NCBI RefSeq assembly: GCF_006345805.1
Contig: NC_042997.1
Coordinates: 199,330,001-199,394,000, forward strand
Direction of reading: 5' to 3'
Origin: Octopus sinensis
Taxonomy: Eukaryota
Length of the DNA stretch: 64,000 nt
Shown here: positions 50,790 to 63,338 of the stretch, piece after piece
How the letters are laid out: each line of letters starts with the position of its first letter
How positions within the stretch are numbered: the stretch's first letter is position 1
Translations under genes and position numbers: made by a program
The notes under the pieces: generated by a model
The model's database searches: none
Seen by the model: only the letters and a program-made list of their open reading frames with translations
Told to the model about the DNA's origin: nothing

Positions 50790-51120
50790 TTCCAACTATT
50801 ATCTGATGATTTTGAAATGTGACAGAAACAAGACTAGTCTTGTCAGTGCAATCATCTAAATAAGCAAGTATTTCAAGTGGCTGTGTGTTATTGAGTATTT
50901 CAACATAAACTGTGGTACCCCCTATTTCTTTCTCTGTAGCAAGGTACCTAACGATATGTAATAGCTGTTTCACACTGTTTCCATTTTGTAAACATTGGTT
51001 GTGCAGTCAACAAAGTCAACAGTGATTTCACACCCATGACAAATCTTCACCAATAACAGCCAATCTTCCAAGAAAGAATAACACCGGGAATTTTGCAACA
51101 TCTCCAAGAATAAAAGGAAG
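50790..51120 (-). mobile_element. Possible Penelope-like RT fossil
   Basis: ...EIGGTTV...LAYLDDC resembles AMGT...RYLDDC; decayed. Confidence 0.35.
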
Positions 51121-51639
51121 GAGAGAGGAAGGTGTTCTTCAAACCAGATGTTGATGATACAAATATATGCATATGTGGGTGGATAATTTTATGGGGTGTT
51201 AGAGGAGAGTGACAGGTGGTTAAAGGTGGGGTTAGAGGTGAATATAATGAAAGATATTCAAGTGTGAGGCGTGATCAATTGGTAAGAAGGCAAAGGAAAT
51301 AACTCAAGAAGGGGGAGGTAATAAACAGTAGTACAGGAAAGATAGGGGACTGCAGCGTAATGAACCTGAGGATAGATCAGAAAATAGGGAGATGATGTGT
51401 GGGAGAATCGGAGGTGAGAGATATAGGGGAGCAGAGATGGAGGTCAAAGACAGTTAGTGGCTGTTAAAGAGAGCCATTGATGAGTGTTGAGAGGATAACA
51501 GATATGAAAAAGTATTTAAAATGAGGTACGGATGTTAAAAGGGGGTTCCAGGAAAAGCGGGGAGGGAACTGGTGGCAAAAAGCTGATGAAATATGTGCAG
51601 ATTCTGCAGTCATATGATTGCAACAGCTGAATTATGCAG

Positions 51640-51802
51640 TTAGTGTGTGTATATGTGTGTTTGTATATGCATGTGTATGTATGTATGTGTGTGTGTGTGT
51701 GTGTATATATATATACATAGATAGATATATACGCACACACATATACACACATGATCAGCGGCAGCAGCAGACATTAAATGATGATGATGATGTATGTGTG
51801 TT

Positions 51803-51856
<54 letters not shown>

Positions 51857-52255
51857 GTATGTATGTATATGTATGTGTGTGTATATATATTTATGTGTGT
51901 ATTTGCATGTATGTGAGTATATGTAGGTGTATGTATACATATGTATTTATGTATATGAATATATGTATATATTTGTATATGTAAGCATATATACGTGTGT
52001 GTGTGCATGTGTGTATGCATAAATGTGTGTATGTGTATGTATGATATATACACAAGTTATATTTACAATTTCTGCCCTATTTTGTATATTGTTGTATCAG
52101 GCATTCCTTCTCATGCATAAATGCATAGGCATGTGCTATTATTGTAAATATGTGTGTGTGTGTGTGCACACGTGTGTTTGTGTGTATAAATATATTCATG
52201 TATGTAAGACTATGTGTGCAGGTGTCTTTGTGTGTATCATTTAAAATCTAGACAT

Positions 52256-52297
<42 letters not shown>

Positions 52298-52300
52298 ACC
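51640..52300. repeat. Compound (TA)n/(TG)n microsatellite field
   Basis: Direct inspection. Confidence 0.9.
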
Positions 52301-53164
52301 TCAAGATAAATTTGTTTTCACACATATGTCAGTGTGTGAAGATTATCCACTTGTGGATAGGATTTTGAACAGATTAGCTAACACCGATCCTATATCCTTT
52401 TGTTTAGTTGTGTTTTGACTTTAGATAAACACAAAGCCAGCAGGCAAGCTACATAAAGGAAGTGATGATGAAATCTGCTTAATGTTTGTTTATTTTCTAA
52501 ACAAGAGAAATATTTTCTAATATCCTTTGCTTCGCTGAAGTTAAGCATGTGTTGGTTATTTACTTTGAATACAAAACCCTTTTTCTATGGAAAGTACAGG
52601 TTGGTTAAAATTTTAAAATTCATGTAAATTTATACAAATTCATTGTTGTAAAGTATCCACTTCCCTTCAATGCATTTTTTGAATGATTTATGACATGTAT
52701 ATATTAACTCTTAAACTTTTGGAGTTTTTATTTGTTTCTATTAAATATTTCTGAAATGCTATCATCATCATTATCATCGGTGGCGGCGGCAGCATTTAAG
52801 GTCTGTTTTTTCCATGCAGGCGTGGGTTTAACAGTCTGACCTGATCTGCTGAGTCGCTGAGCTGCATAAGTGCTCTACGTCAGCTTTGGCATGTCTGCTG
52901 TGGTTAGTTGTCTTTCCTAAGGCCAACCCCTTCACAGTATGAACAGGGTACATCTTTCATGTCATCAATACTAGTGAGATTGCCAAGTAACTCACAAGAC
53001 AGAGAAAGAATAAGAAAAGAAAAAGTAAAAAAGCCCCCCCCCCACTAAGGTTATTTATGTGTTATGCAGTCCATTATCATATAATTTATTTCTTGGATTT
53101 TTTGGGTTGAATGCTCTACCTTTCATTTCTCTATATAAATGATATTCTGAAATCTTTCTCATTG

Positions 53165-53390
53165 TTATATCATCATTTAACATGTGTTTTCCATGCTGCC
53201 ATGGGTTGGACAGTCTGACAGGCGATGGCAAGTCGGAGAGCTGCACCAGGCTCCAGTTGTCTGCTCTGGCATGGTTTTCACGGTTGGATTGTCCTTCCTA
53301 ATACCAACCCCTTTACAGGGTGTACTGGGTGCTTTTTATGTGCCACCAACACAGGTGTTTTATACATGGCACTAACATGGGTGCTTTTCT
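53165..53390 (-). mobile_element. RTE-LINE 3' UTR copy
   Basis: catcatttaacatgtgttttccatgctgccatgggttggac... Confidence 0.75.
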
Positions 53391-53741
53391 GAATATTAGC
53401 ATAATGGTTTGTTCATACTTCTTATGAGCAATGTCTTTGTCCCTTTTTAGTAGGAACATAATTTACTATTCTGTTGTGTCTGGGGAGAGTCATTTTCTTT
53501 TTGTGCCTTATAATATAACACACTCACCGGTAAAATTTCCACTTTTTTTCTTACTTTTATTTTCCGAAAATGTTCATTCAAAAATGAAACATAATTTACT
53601 AATTTGACCTCATTATAACTCCTCTAATTATCTTAAGCTATTAACTGCCAAACTTTTTCATTCATATTTATGGCTTTGCTATAAATATGAATGAAAATAT
53701 AATGGTTAAAATAATATATAGTATTTAAATTTTCTTCATAT

Positions 53742-54150
53742 AGGCATAGAAGTGGCTGTGTGGTAAGTAGCTTGCTTACCAACAACATGGTTCCGGGTTC
53801 AGTCCCACTGCATGGCACCTTGGTCAAGTGTCTTCTACTATAGGTTCGGGCCGACCAAAATCTTGTGAGTGGATTTGGTGGACGGAAACTGAAAGAAGCC
53901 CGTTATATATATATATATATACTTATACATATATACATGTGTGTGTGTGTGTTTGTCGCCCCCAACATCGCTTGATAAGTGATGCTGGTGTGTTCACGTC
54001 CCCGTAACTTAGTGGTTCAGCAAAAGTGACCGATAGAATAAGTACTAGGCTTACAAAGAATAAGTCCTGGGGTCGATTTGCTCAACTAAAGGCAGTGCTC
54101 CAGCATGGCCACAGTCAAATGACTGAAACAAGTAAAAGAGTAAAGAGAGT
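53742..54150 (+). mobile_element. SINE family A
   Basis: Near-complete copy. Confidence 0.85.
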
Positions 54151-54615
54151 ATATATAACTTTATATAGTTCAAAGCATTTCATTTGTCTTCCACAGTTAC
54201 TGCTAATCACCAATATAACAGCTTTATAGTATTTTGATGATCACTAATCAGATGTATATCCTTCTTATTTAGATTAAGCTGAAGAATGCATTCACTTCCT
54301 TATAATTTGAACAGGAAATTTAAGTACTAGATAAATATAGTCTATATGTTAGTTCAAAGAACTTACCTTTTCATTTGCACATGTGTTTCCATATACTAAA
54401 AACATGTTTATTTGTAAATTTTATATTTCTGTTCATTCTTGTCTGTGGTCAAAGTATAATATTCTGCTGGGTGCAGTAACACTGCAGTTCTCATAATAAA
54501 CATAGGATGTAATGCCGTCCACCTGCCTGCTTGACTGTGTGTGTCTCTCTCTCTTTCTCATATATATATATATATATTGGAAGGTTTGGAGATGATGTAC
54601 AGGTATTATATATTT

Positions 54616-54911
54616 GAAGAAATGAGGTAATCAGAAGATCGGATGGTTTATATTTACAGATATTTATTTATATATTACATTTTTTACATATATATCACAT
54701 TTTTTACATATATATCATATCATTTAGATGATTAGCGCTTTCTCCCATTCTAGTGGGGTTTTCAAATAAAAAATCTTTGATTTGAAAACCCCACTAGAAT
54801 GGGAAAAAGCGCTAATGATCTAAATGATATGATATATATGTAAAAAATGTAATATATAAATAAATATCTGTAAATATAAACCATCCGATCTTCTGATTAC
54901 CTCATTTCTTC
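54616..54911. repeat. Long palindrome, 12-nt loop
   Basis: Arms 54616-54767 and 54780-54911; 2 mismatches plus a 20-nt tandem duplication in the left arm. Confidence 0.92.
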
Positions 54912-54989
54912 TAATATACATATATATATACACACACACACATATGTACATACATACATACGGGCACATATATGTATGTAAAAAAAAAA

Positions 54990-55318
54990 GGAGCACTCTG
55001 TCAGTTGCGACGATGAGATTCCCAGCTGATACGATCAACAGAACAGCTTGCTCATGATATTTATGTGCAAGTGGCTGAGCACTCCACAAACACGTGTACC
55101 CTTAATGTAGTTCTCAGGGAGATTCAGCGTGACACAGAGTGTGACAAGGCTGGCCCCTTTGAAATACAGGTCCTACTCATTTTTGCCAGCTGAGCGGACT
55201 GGAGCAACGTGAAATAAAGTGTCTTGCTCAAGGACACAACGCGCCGCCGGGAATCGAACTCATGACGTTAGGATCATGAACCGAATGCCCCTAACCACTA
55301 AGCCATGCGCCTTCACTT
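54990..55318 (-). mobile_element. SINE family D, near full length
   Basis: Head ggcgcatggcttagtggttaggg and B box gagttcgattccc on minus. Confidence 0.85.
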
Positions 55319-55323
55319 GTGTA

Positions 55324-55369
<46 letters not shown>

Positions 55370-55371
<2 letters not shown>

Positions 55372-55563
55372 ATCATCATCATCATCATTTAACGTCCGCT
55401 TTCCATGCTGGCACAGGTTAGATGGTTTGGTTGGAACTGGTAAGCAGGCAAGCTGCACCATATTCCAGTCCGATTCAGCTCCCCAGCTTACTAGTTGCAG
55501 GTAAACCATTCAACCCATGCCAGCCACCATGGAAAATGGATGCTGAATGATGATGATGATGAT
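55370..55563. mobile_element. Head-to-head pair of RTE 3' termini
   Basis: (CAT)n-minus fragment joined to plus fragment-(ATG)n. Confidence 0.7.
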
Positions 55564-55579
55564 ATACATATATTCTTTT

Positions 55580-55971
55580 ATTGTTTTACTTGTTTCAGTC
55601 ATTTGACTGTGGCCATGCTGGAGCACCACCTTTAGTCGAGCAAACTGACTCCAGGACTTATTCTTTGTAAGCTTAGTACTTATACTATTGGTCTCTTTTG
55701 CTGAACCGTTAAGTTACAGGGACATAAACACACCAGCATTTGTTGTCAAGTGATGTTGGATGGACAAACACAGACACACAAACATACACACAATCACACA
55801 CATACATATACGACAGGCTTCTTTCAGTTTCCATCTATCATATCCACTCACAAGGCTTTGATCAGCCCGAGGCTATAATAGAAGACATATGCCCAAGGTA
55901 CCACACAGTTGGATGGAACCCAGAACCATGTGGTTGGTAAGCAAGCTACTTACCACACAGTCACTCCTGCA
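55580..55971 (-). mobile_element. SINE family A
   Basis: Near-complete copy. Confidence 0.85.
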
Positions 55972-56002
55972 CTTTATATATATATATATATTTATATATA
56001 TA

Positions 56003-56157
56003 TCATCATCATCATCATCGTTTAACGTCCGCTTTCCATGCTAGCATGGGTTGGACGGTTCAACTGGAATCTGGGGAGCCCGAAGGCTGCACCAGGCCAG
56101 TCAGATCTGGCAGTGTTTCTACAGCTGGATGCCCTTCCTAACGCCAACCACTCCGAG
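56003..56157 (-). mobile_element. RTE-LINE 3' end
   Basis: catcatcgtttaacgtccgctttccatgctagc... Confidence 0.8.
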
Positions 56158-56226
<69 letters not shown>

Positions 56227-56399
56227 TTTATATCCAGCATGAATAATCAAGTCAAAATGACACATACATGCAACAGTCTATGAGAGCAGTAGTTCCTTAT
56301 AAATATGAACTCAAACCAGAACAACCTGTCTTATACCATCGAAGAAAGTGGGCATAACACTATGAGGACAATAAGTAAACACACACACTCGCACGCACG

Positions 56400-56432
<33 letters not shown>

Positions 56433-56573
56433 GCATGCACGCACGCACACGCACACACACCAGGTGTATTTGAGGATACTTTATTATCAGTATATTTACT
56501 CTCTTCGAACTGATTGAAAGAATTTTACTACTCTCACAGATCTGCCATGACAGATAAAATGCTAATACACTGA

Positions 56574-56720
56574 ATGAAAAGACAAGCAGTCATTGTTACC
56601 ATATGTGCAGAGTGCAGTGATTTAGAAATTGCCAGCTTTCTAAATGTTATAAGAACTTTTGTACACAAAGTTCAGGTGGAATCGGAAATGTCTGGGAGGA
56701 ATGTTTTAACTGTACCATGC
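56574..56720 (+). mobile_element. Tc1/mariner-superfamily transposase N-terminal (HTH) fragment
   Basis: MKRQAVIVTICAECSDLEIASFLNVIRTFVHKV: S..EIA..L.V.R..V.K helix-turn-helix pattern. Confidence 0.5.
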
Positions 56721-57054
56721 AACAAAGAAAAAGATAACAACAAAAAACAAGAAAACATTCAGGTGTGGCTGAGTGGTAAGAAGTTTGCTTAACTACATCG
56801 TTCCAGGTTCAATCCCACTGCGTGGCACCTTGGGCAATTGTCTTCTACTATAGCCTTGGTCCAGCCAAAACCTTGTGAGTAGATTTACTTGACGGAAAAT
56901 AAAATGGAAAACATTATCAAATGGGAGTTGATAACATTCCTATAAAAAATGGCTCACCTCCCTGACATACAGCATGGCTTTCTTTCACAGATCACTATGA
57001 CTTGGTGCTAAAGCAATAGCTTCATCATTTAAATGTGGATGTGATTAAATCTAG

Positions 57055-57345
57055 AGGAGGCACGATGGCCCACTAGTTAGGGCAGTGGACTCGCGGTCGG
57101 AGGATCACGGTTTTGATTCCCAGTCCAGGCATTGTGTGTTTATTGAGCGAAAACACCTAAAGCTACATGAGGCTCCAACAGGGGGTGGTGGCAACCCCTG
57201 CTGTACTCACCCCAACTTTCTCTTACTCTTTCTTCCTGTTTCTTGAGTAACACTGCGATGGACTGGTGTCCCATCCAGATGGGGGGAACACCTGTGCCAT
57301 AGAAACCGAGCCCATGAGCCTGGCTAGGTTTGAAAAGGGCACATA
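57055..57345 (+). mobile_element. SINE family D variant
   Basis: tRNA-like head; body shared with 44340-44706. Confidence 0.7.
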
Positions 57346-57364
57346 AATAAATATATGTGATAAA

Positions 57365-57770
57365 ATCTTACCTATACAAAAGACTTTCAATAAATTTGAT
57401 CACAGAATGATATATCACAAATTGCATGACCTCAGCACACTTGGAAAACCAAGGAGTAGCTGCATCACTTTTTCAAAGGGAGGAGTCAGACTCTTCTTAG
57501 TGGATTCACCAAAAGAAATCAACTGGGACCCACTATTTTGTGGTTGCTCTCTCAGACAAGCCCTCTGTTGTACAGTCAGCTATGCTGATGACATAAGAAC
57601 ATGACAGATAATCAGGACCCCTAATAACACAAAACTTCAGCAAGACCTGAATGCAATACACAAGAGGGATGAAGAAAATAACATGCAATTTTGTAATGGA
57701 AAATTTCAAACACTGCTATCCGCTCACAGATTGAAGTCAGATGACACAGTGCCAAGAGATATTGCGATTT
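57365..57770 (+). mobile_element. CR1/Jockey-type RT fossil
   Basis: Decayed F.K.FD..DH and HKL..L...GK, then SYADD, LQQDLNAIH, NNMQFCNGKFQ; several frameshifts and stops. Confidence 0.75.
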
Positions 57771-58300
57771 TGGAGTCACATGCACTGTATGATCTGTGAA
57801 TCCACATGAGTGCATGTGCGTATGTGTATATCAACATAGTTTTTACTTCTGCTTTTCCATGCTTGCATGAGTCAGATGGAATTTTGTTGAGGCAGATTTA
57901 CTACAGCCAGATGCCCTCCCTGTCACCAACCCTCACCTGTTTCCAAGAAAGGCAACAGTTCCTCTGAACCAGAAGCAAATATATTTTAACTGAAGATTGG
58001 GAAAGAAAAATCAGCCTATATGATGGTGGAGTTTGTTTACAACTATTATGCAATGTCAAGGCAAGAAGACAGTGACAGATGTGCGCACACACGCATGTGT
58101 GTGTGTGCGCACATGTGTACACATGACAGGCTTCTTTCAGTGTTTCACTCCGACAAATCCTTTCACAAAGCTTTGGTCACTTGGGGCCAGAAGAAAGTTG
58201 ATCAGTGTGCCACACAATGGGGTTGAACCTGGAAGCCTGGGATTGAGAAGCTAACTTCTTACCACACGACAACCAACATCATCTTCATAATATATAAATA

Positions 58301-58705
58301 TAATGTGGGTGGCTAATTTGCAATTTTACAACCTAAAGACAGGAATATATACATTGATAAAGTAAACAAGGGCATTATTAAGCACCAGTATTGCTAGAAA
58401 TAAGAGTCAAAACAACTCAATAGCCAACAAAAGCACTATCTTAATGAGTTGATTCCATAGGGAGCACTATCTCCAAAGGTAGACAAGCTCCCTATGGTCG
58501 TAAATACAACCGGATCATCGATGATTTGTGTTTCAATTCTTAATGCTTCTTAAGGCTTATCAGTGGTTCTCACCGTGCCTGGGGTTAAAAACATCACGCC
58601 TTGTAAGCTCATAAGATTTCCATTGGGATCATATGCTGATTTCCTAAATGGTAAAAGTGAAAATTATAAATAATGTAGGTGACTAATTCGCAATTTTACA
58701 ACCTA
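58301..58705. repeat. 35-bp direct repeats bounding ~335 nt
   Basis: 58301-58335 vs 58671-58705, 3 mismatches. Confidence 0.7.
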
Positions 58706-58966
58706 TATATGCGCGTGTGTGTGTGTGTGTATATATATATATATTAATTAATAAATTTTAGGGTAGCAAAAAATTCTAGAAAAATTCTCCGCTACCAGCG
58801 GTCAAGTGAGAAGGAGAAGATAGTCAATAGACTATATAATATACATTCAAACATGTAAGGGACAGCCATAATAGGACATCTGACTCACTAGAAAGAGCAG
58901 CCAAACTCCAAACCACTAATAGTTGTAATTCTGAAATGGAAAGAGAAATAAAAACGTTTACCCTCT

Positions 58967-59060
58967 CCTTTCTGGACTATGACTAGTTTCGGCAATCTTT
59001 TGTAAATAAATTAATTTACTTAATTTATTTACCACTGGCGTTGCCTCATCAGCAGAAAAG
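58967..59060 (-). ncRNA. Type I hammerhead ribozyme with intact core
   Basis: Stem I CUUUUCUG/CAGAAAGG, CUGAUGA, stem II GGCAA/UUGCC (45-nt loop), GAAA, stem III ACUA/UAGU with GUCA loop, GUC cleavage triplet. Confidence 0.8.
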
Positions 59061-59565
59061 CCAAGGACTAACGTATATCCACGAGGCGATGATAAACATG
59101 CAATGAGTCTATATGCTATAAATTTTCAAAAATTTGTATATATATACATGTGAATATATTCATTTGTATGCATATATACATGTGTGTGTGTTTGTGCCTG
59201 TCTTCTTAGTACTTGACAACCAATGTTGGTTTGTTTACACCTCCATAAGTCAATGTATTAGCAAAATGATACGATAGAATAAGAACCAACTGAAAAAGAA
59301 ATAGGCAAGAGAACGATTTGTTTGGCTAAATCCTTCATGCTTGTCCTTCAGTATGACTAAAACAAGTAATATATACATATATATATATATATATAAATTA
59401 GAGAAAAAACCCACTATTATGCAATTTAAACAATGATAGACATAAGCCAAAGCATAAATAAAAAATTAAATATTTTTATAAAACATATAACTAGGTCACA
59501 AAAAGTATAAAAATGAATAATCTATATATAACAAGTAATACATATCTGTATATATATATATATAA

Positions 59566-59827
59566 ATTAATTATAATAAAGAGTTAATTGCAACAAGTTG
59601 CTCAAAACCACATGCCGAAAATATTAGAAATGGCAGCCAAATAGGTCACCATTTCTCCTACTAGTAAAAAAGTCTCCACAAACAAACAGACGGGTTGCAA
59701 ATTCTGTTTGTTTGTGGAGACGTTTTTACTAGTAGGAGAAATGGTGACCTATTTGGCTGCCATTTCTAATATTTTCGGTATGTGGTTTTGAGCAACTTGT
59801 TGCAATTAACGCTTTATTATAATTAAT
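59566..59827. repeat. Long palindrome, 125-bp arms, 12-nt loop
   Basis: 59566-59690 vs 59703-59827, 3 mismatches. Confidence 0.92.
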
Positions 59828-59932
59828 ATAATCCTTACCAAATATGGTCTTTTCCATACCGATAAAACTACTAAGTGAAATTTATTAATTTTATTAAATT
59901 AATCATATTTCATCCTTTTTGTATATTATACA

Positions 59933-59971
<39 letters not shown>

Positions 59972-60795
59972 GTATATATATATATGCATGTATAAATATA
60001 TTCATGTATATTCACATATATGTAAACACACATACATTTTCATGTCCATTCTATAGGATGGACATCAAAATGACCAGGATTTGAAGTTTTGCCAATCAGC
60101 AAAATTTCATTCCTTCAGGGAATGTTTTGTTATTATTATCCTTAAATGTGTTGTAAACTATAAACTTTTTTTAACACACACACACATATATATATCAATG
60201 AAACATTAAAACAAGTGATATGCAATTTGCAGTCAGGATAAGCTGAATATGATCTGTTTGATGTACAGTGTGAACTTTCGAGATACCTTCCGGGCAGCTG
60301 CGTTGAGAAAGTTATTGCGTATTAAACGTATTGGAATTCACATGCTAGAGATAAAGGCTGTATTATGACTGTATTATGAACTTGTAATAAGAATAGATTA
60401 TGTATTTGGGGCTATATGGGAAATCCACAGGGCAGAGTGAGATTAAGACAGATTTAATTGTAAAGTAGCTAGATGATCAATTGAGGCTTTGCAAGTGAAA
60501 TAATACAACACGAGGATATATGTCAAGCCGTATGACCCACACCAGCTGATGAAATGATAAAATATTGAACGTGTATTGAAAATTAATTATCTTGATGAGG
60601 TTGAGAATGTCAATCACCATAGCTTGTTTGGCCTCTATTTTTATAAATATAGCTGTAGTTACTTAACATACACCAGTTAGTCTCTCCTATAATTATACCG
60701 GTTCATTTTTTACAACTCTATCTTTTTAACAAAGTAATTCTTAAATGTCAGATATTATCATTTTGATCTAATTTTAAATGTCTTCTGAGTTTTTC

Positions 60796-60825
<30 letters not shown>

Positions 60826-60827
<2 letters not shown>

Positions 60828-61095
60828 CATCATTAAACGTCTGTTTTCCAAGCTAGCATGGGTTGGACGGTTTGACCGGGGTCTTGTAAGCCATGGAGGC
60901 TGCACCAGGCTCTAGCCTGATTTGGCAGTGTTTCTACAGCTGGATGCCCTTCCTAACGTCAACCACTCCGTGAGTGTAGTGGGTGTTTTTTACGTGCCAC
61001 CGGCACAGGAGCCATAGCAGGCTGGCAAACGGTCACGATTGGTTGGTGCTTTTACATGTCACCGACTCAAACGCCAGTCAGGTGACACTCATTAT
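60826..61095 (-). mobile_element. RTE-LINE 3' UTR copy
   Basis: Matches family. Confidence 0.8.
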
Positions 61096-61127
61096 TATGA
61101 TTCAATGCGACAAGCTGGTATTTCACC

Positions 61128-61280
61128 TGTTACTACATTCTGAGTTCAAATTCTGCCGAGGTTGACTTTGCCTTTCATCCTTTCGGGGTTGATAAATTAA
61201 GTACCAGTGAAACACTGGGGTCAATGTAATCGTCTAGTTCCCTCCCACCAAATTTGAGACCTTGGCCTTTAGTAGAAAAG
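61128..61280 (+). mobile_element. SINE family B (5'-truncated)
   Basis: ttctgagttcaaattctgccgaggttgactttgcctttcatcc. Confidence 0.8.
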
Positions 61281-61335
61281 ATTATTATTATTATTTCATA
61301 AATGAACAACTCCTCACATTGGGCTACAAGTAGCA

Positions 61336-61460
61336 TCAGATGCCAAGAACCTTCCTAAGTATCCTAGCTGTCTCAAATAATATTGTTTTCTGCAGTTGTA
61401 CTAAACTAGATTTTATGCCTATTTCTCTTATCCAGGAATACATTTTACACACACTTTCCA
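61336..61460 (-). mobile_element. RLE-type LINE C-terminus
   Basis: WIREIGIKSSLVQLQKTILFETARILRKVLGI*, the LQK..L..TARILRK.L terminus. Confidence 0.75.
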
Positions 61461-62952
61461 TTACCTTTGTAACTCAATTGTCAATGTCGTCGTCATCATC
61501 ATCATCATTATTATTATTATAGATGTTGCACAGTATACAATATTGTGAGGTTGTTGATTGAAGATATCGTGTATAGCAGGGGTTTTGTATTGTCTGTCAA
61601 GTCACAACAAGGACTTCAGACAGACTGTACTTCATGCAATATGCATGCAGTTCCAAGTAACATCAACTTTTGCAATACACTTAGATTCTCTTGTTTGTCA
61701 CCGAACACCCTTATCCATTAGGCCACAAAGCCAGTAATACTACTTACACAAAATATGAGATATTTAAATCTATTCTAATGATTGGTTATTGATTACATTA
61801 GTCTGATAGATTTAAATATATCATTATCAATCTAATTATTGCAGTTGTCTCAGTGGTCTTGTGGGTAGAGACATGGACACAGCAACACACAAACCTCTTT
61901 AACAAAGGTTCAATCTTGGCCTATACTGATGAGGATCTTTGTATAAGTATTCAGTGGTTTTTCCCCCCTTCTCCATTTACAGAAAAAAATACATCAGGGC
62001 ATTTATTATCATTATTATTTCTTAAACAGATCCTAATTAATGTTTTTTATTTGAAAGCTTTGTCTTTCAAAACAATGAGGTCATATCCATTTTCATTAGT
62101 TCATTTCTGCTCAGAAATATTAATTGGTTTTATCCCCCTAAAAATGAGTGGGATATATTTTATTTTTATTTTCAGGTGTCTGCTTCAAAAATATAAATAT
62201 CTGAGTTTTATTTTTCACATTACTTTGTCATTTATGTAGATAAATATTGAGCTCTAAATTAGGCAAAAGCCCTCACATTTTGCAGAGGTTGCAGTCAATT
62301 AAGTTGACTTTAGTAAAAAAGAAGCGTTAGAAACAGGCATGTGCTTAGATAATGTCTTACCACTATTACAAAATCATAAAAGACCAGGCTTTCAATTAAA
62401 AAGTTATTACTGAAATTCATTAGACAAACTTATTTGAGAAAAGCATGTGAGAGCAGACCTTGAAAAGAGAGGGCAAGTCACTGAAAAGGTGACAATTAGT
62501 GACAAAAGAGGACATAGACTAAAAAAAAACTGATTGATTGTTTAACCAACACATTAAACAAATGACTGATGAATTAGTTGGTTAGATATTTAACCAATTG
62601 ACTGAGAGTAAAGAAGTGATACTGAACCAGTGCATGTATTTATTATTATTGGTGTAATGACCCCACCACCACAAGACAGTAAGATTTATTTAAGAATAGT
62701 ACTGGGGAAATATTTCATTTTTGTATTTGGCTAGCAAAATTCTTGATGTGTTGTATCTTTGGAGGATCATTATTCATTTCTTTATTATTTATTTGTGAAA
62801 TGGTTAACAAATTAACTACTTAACTAATCAGATGTTTCATTAATTGTTTAGTTAACCAATTGATCAGTTAGGTTTGTCAAAGTCCTTTTGTCAGCATATG
62901 GGATCTCATGAATAACATACCTTCTCTATTCCAGGTCTGCATATTCTATTAT

Positions 62953-63338
62953 TGTTTTACTTATTTCAGTCATTTGACTGTGGCCATGTTGGAGCACCAC
63001 CTTTAGTTGAGCAAATTGACCCCAGGACTTTTCTTTCTAAGCCTAGTACTTATTCTATTGGTCTCTTTTGCCGAACTGCTAAGTCACAGGGTCGTAAACA
63101 CACCAGCATCGGTTGTCAAGCCATGTTGGTGGGGACAAACACAGACACAATCATATACACACACATACATATATATATATACGACAGGCTTATTTCATTT
63201 TCCATCTACCAAATCCACTCACAAGGCTTTGGTCAGCCTGAGGCTATAGTAGAAGACACTTGCCCAAGGTGCCATGCAGTTGGACTGAACCTAGAATCAT
63301 GTGGTCAGTAAGCAAGTTACTTACCACACAGCCACTCC
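62953..63338 (-). mobile_element. SINE family A
   Basis: Near-complete copy. Confidence 0.85.

Noticed and set aside
52462-52538. Box C/D snoRNA (GTGATGA...CTGA)
   Set aside because: No terminal stem and no recognisable rRNA-complementary guide
60541-60578. Hammerhead-like ctgatga...gaac
   Set aside because: GAAA is incomplete, stem II is weak and there is no stem I
521-63311. Most ORFs in the six-frame track as protein-coding genes
   Set aside because: They overlap SINE/LINE UTR copies or microsatellites (recurring MFLQLDALPNANH, QIHSQGFGQP and YIYIY peptides)
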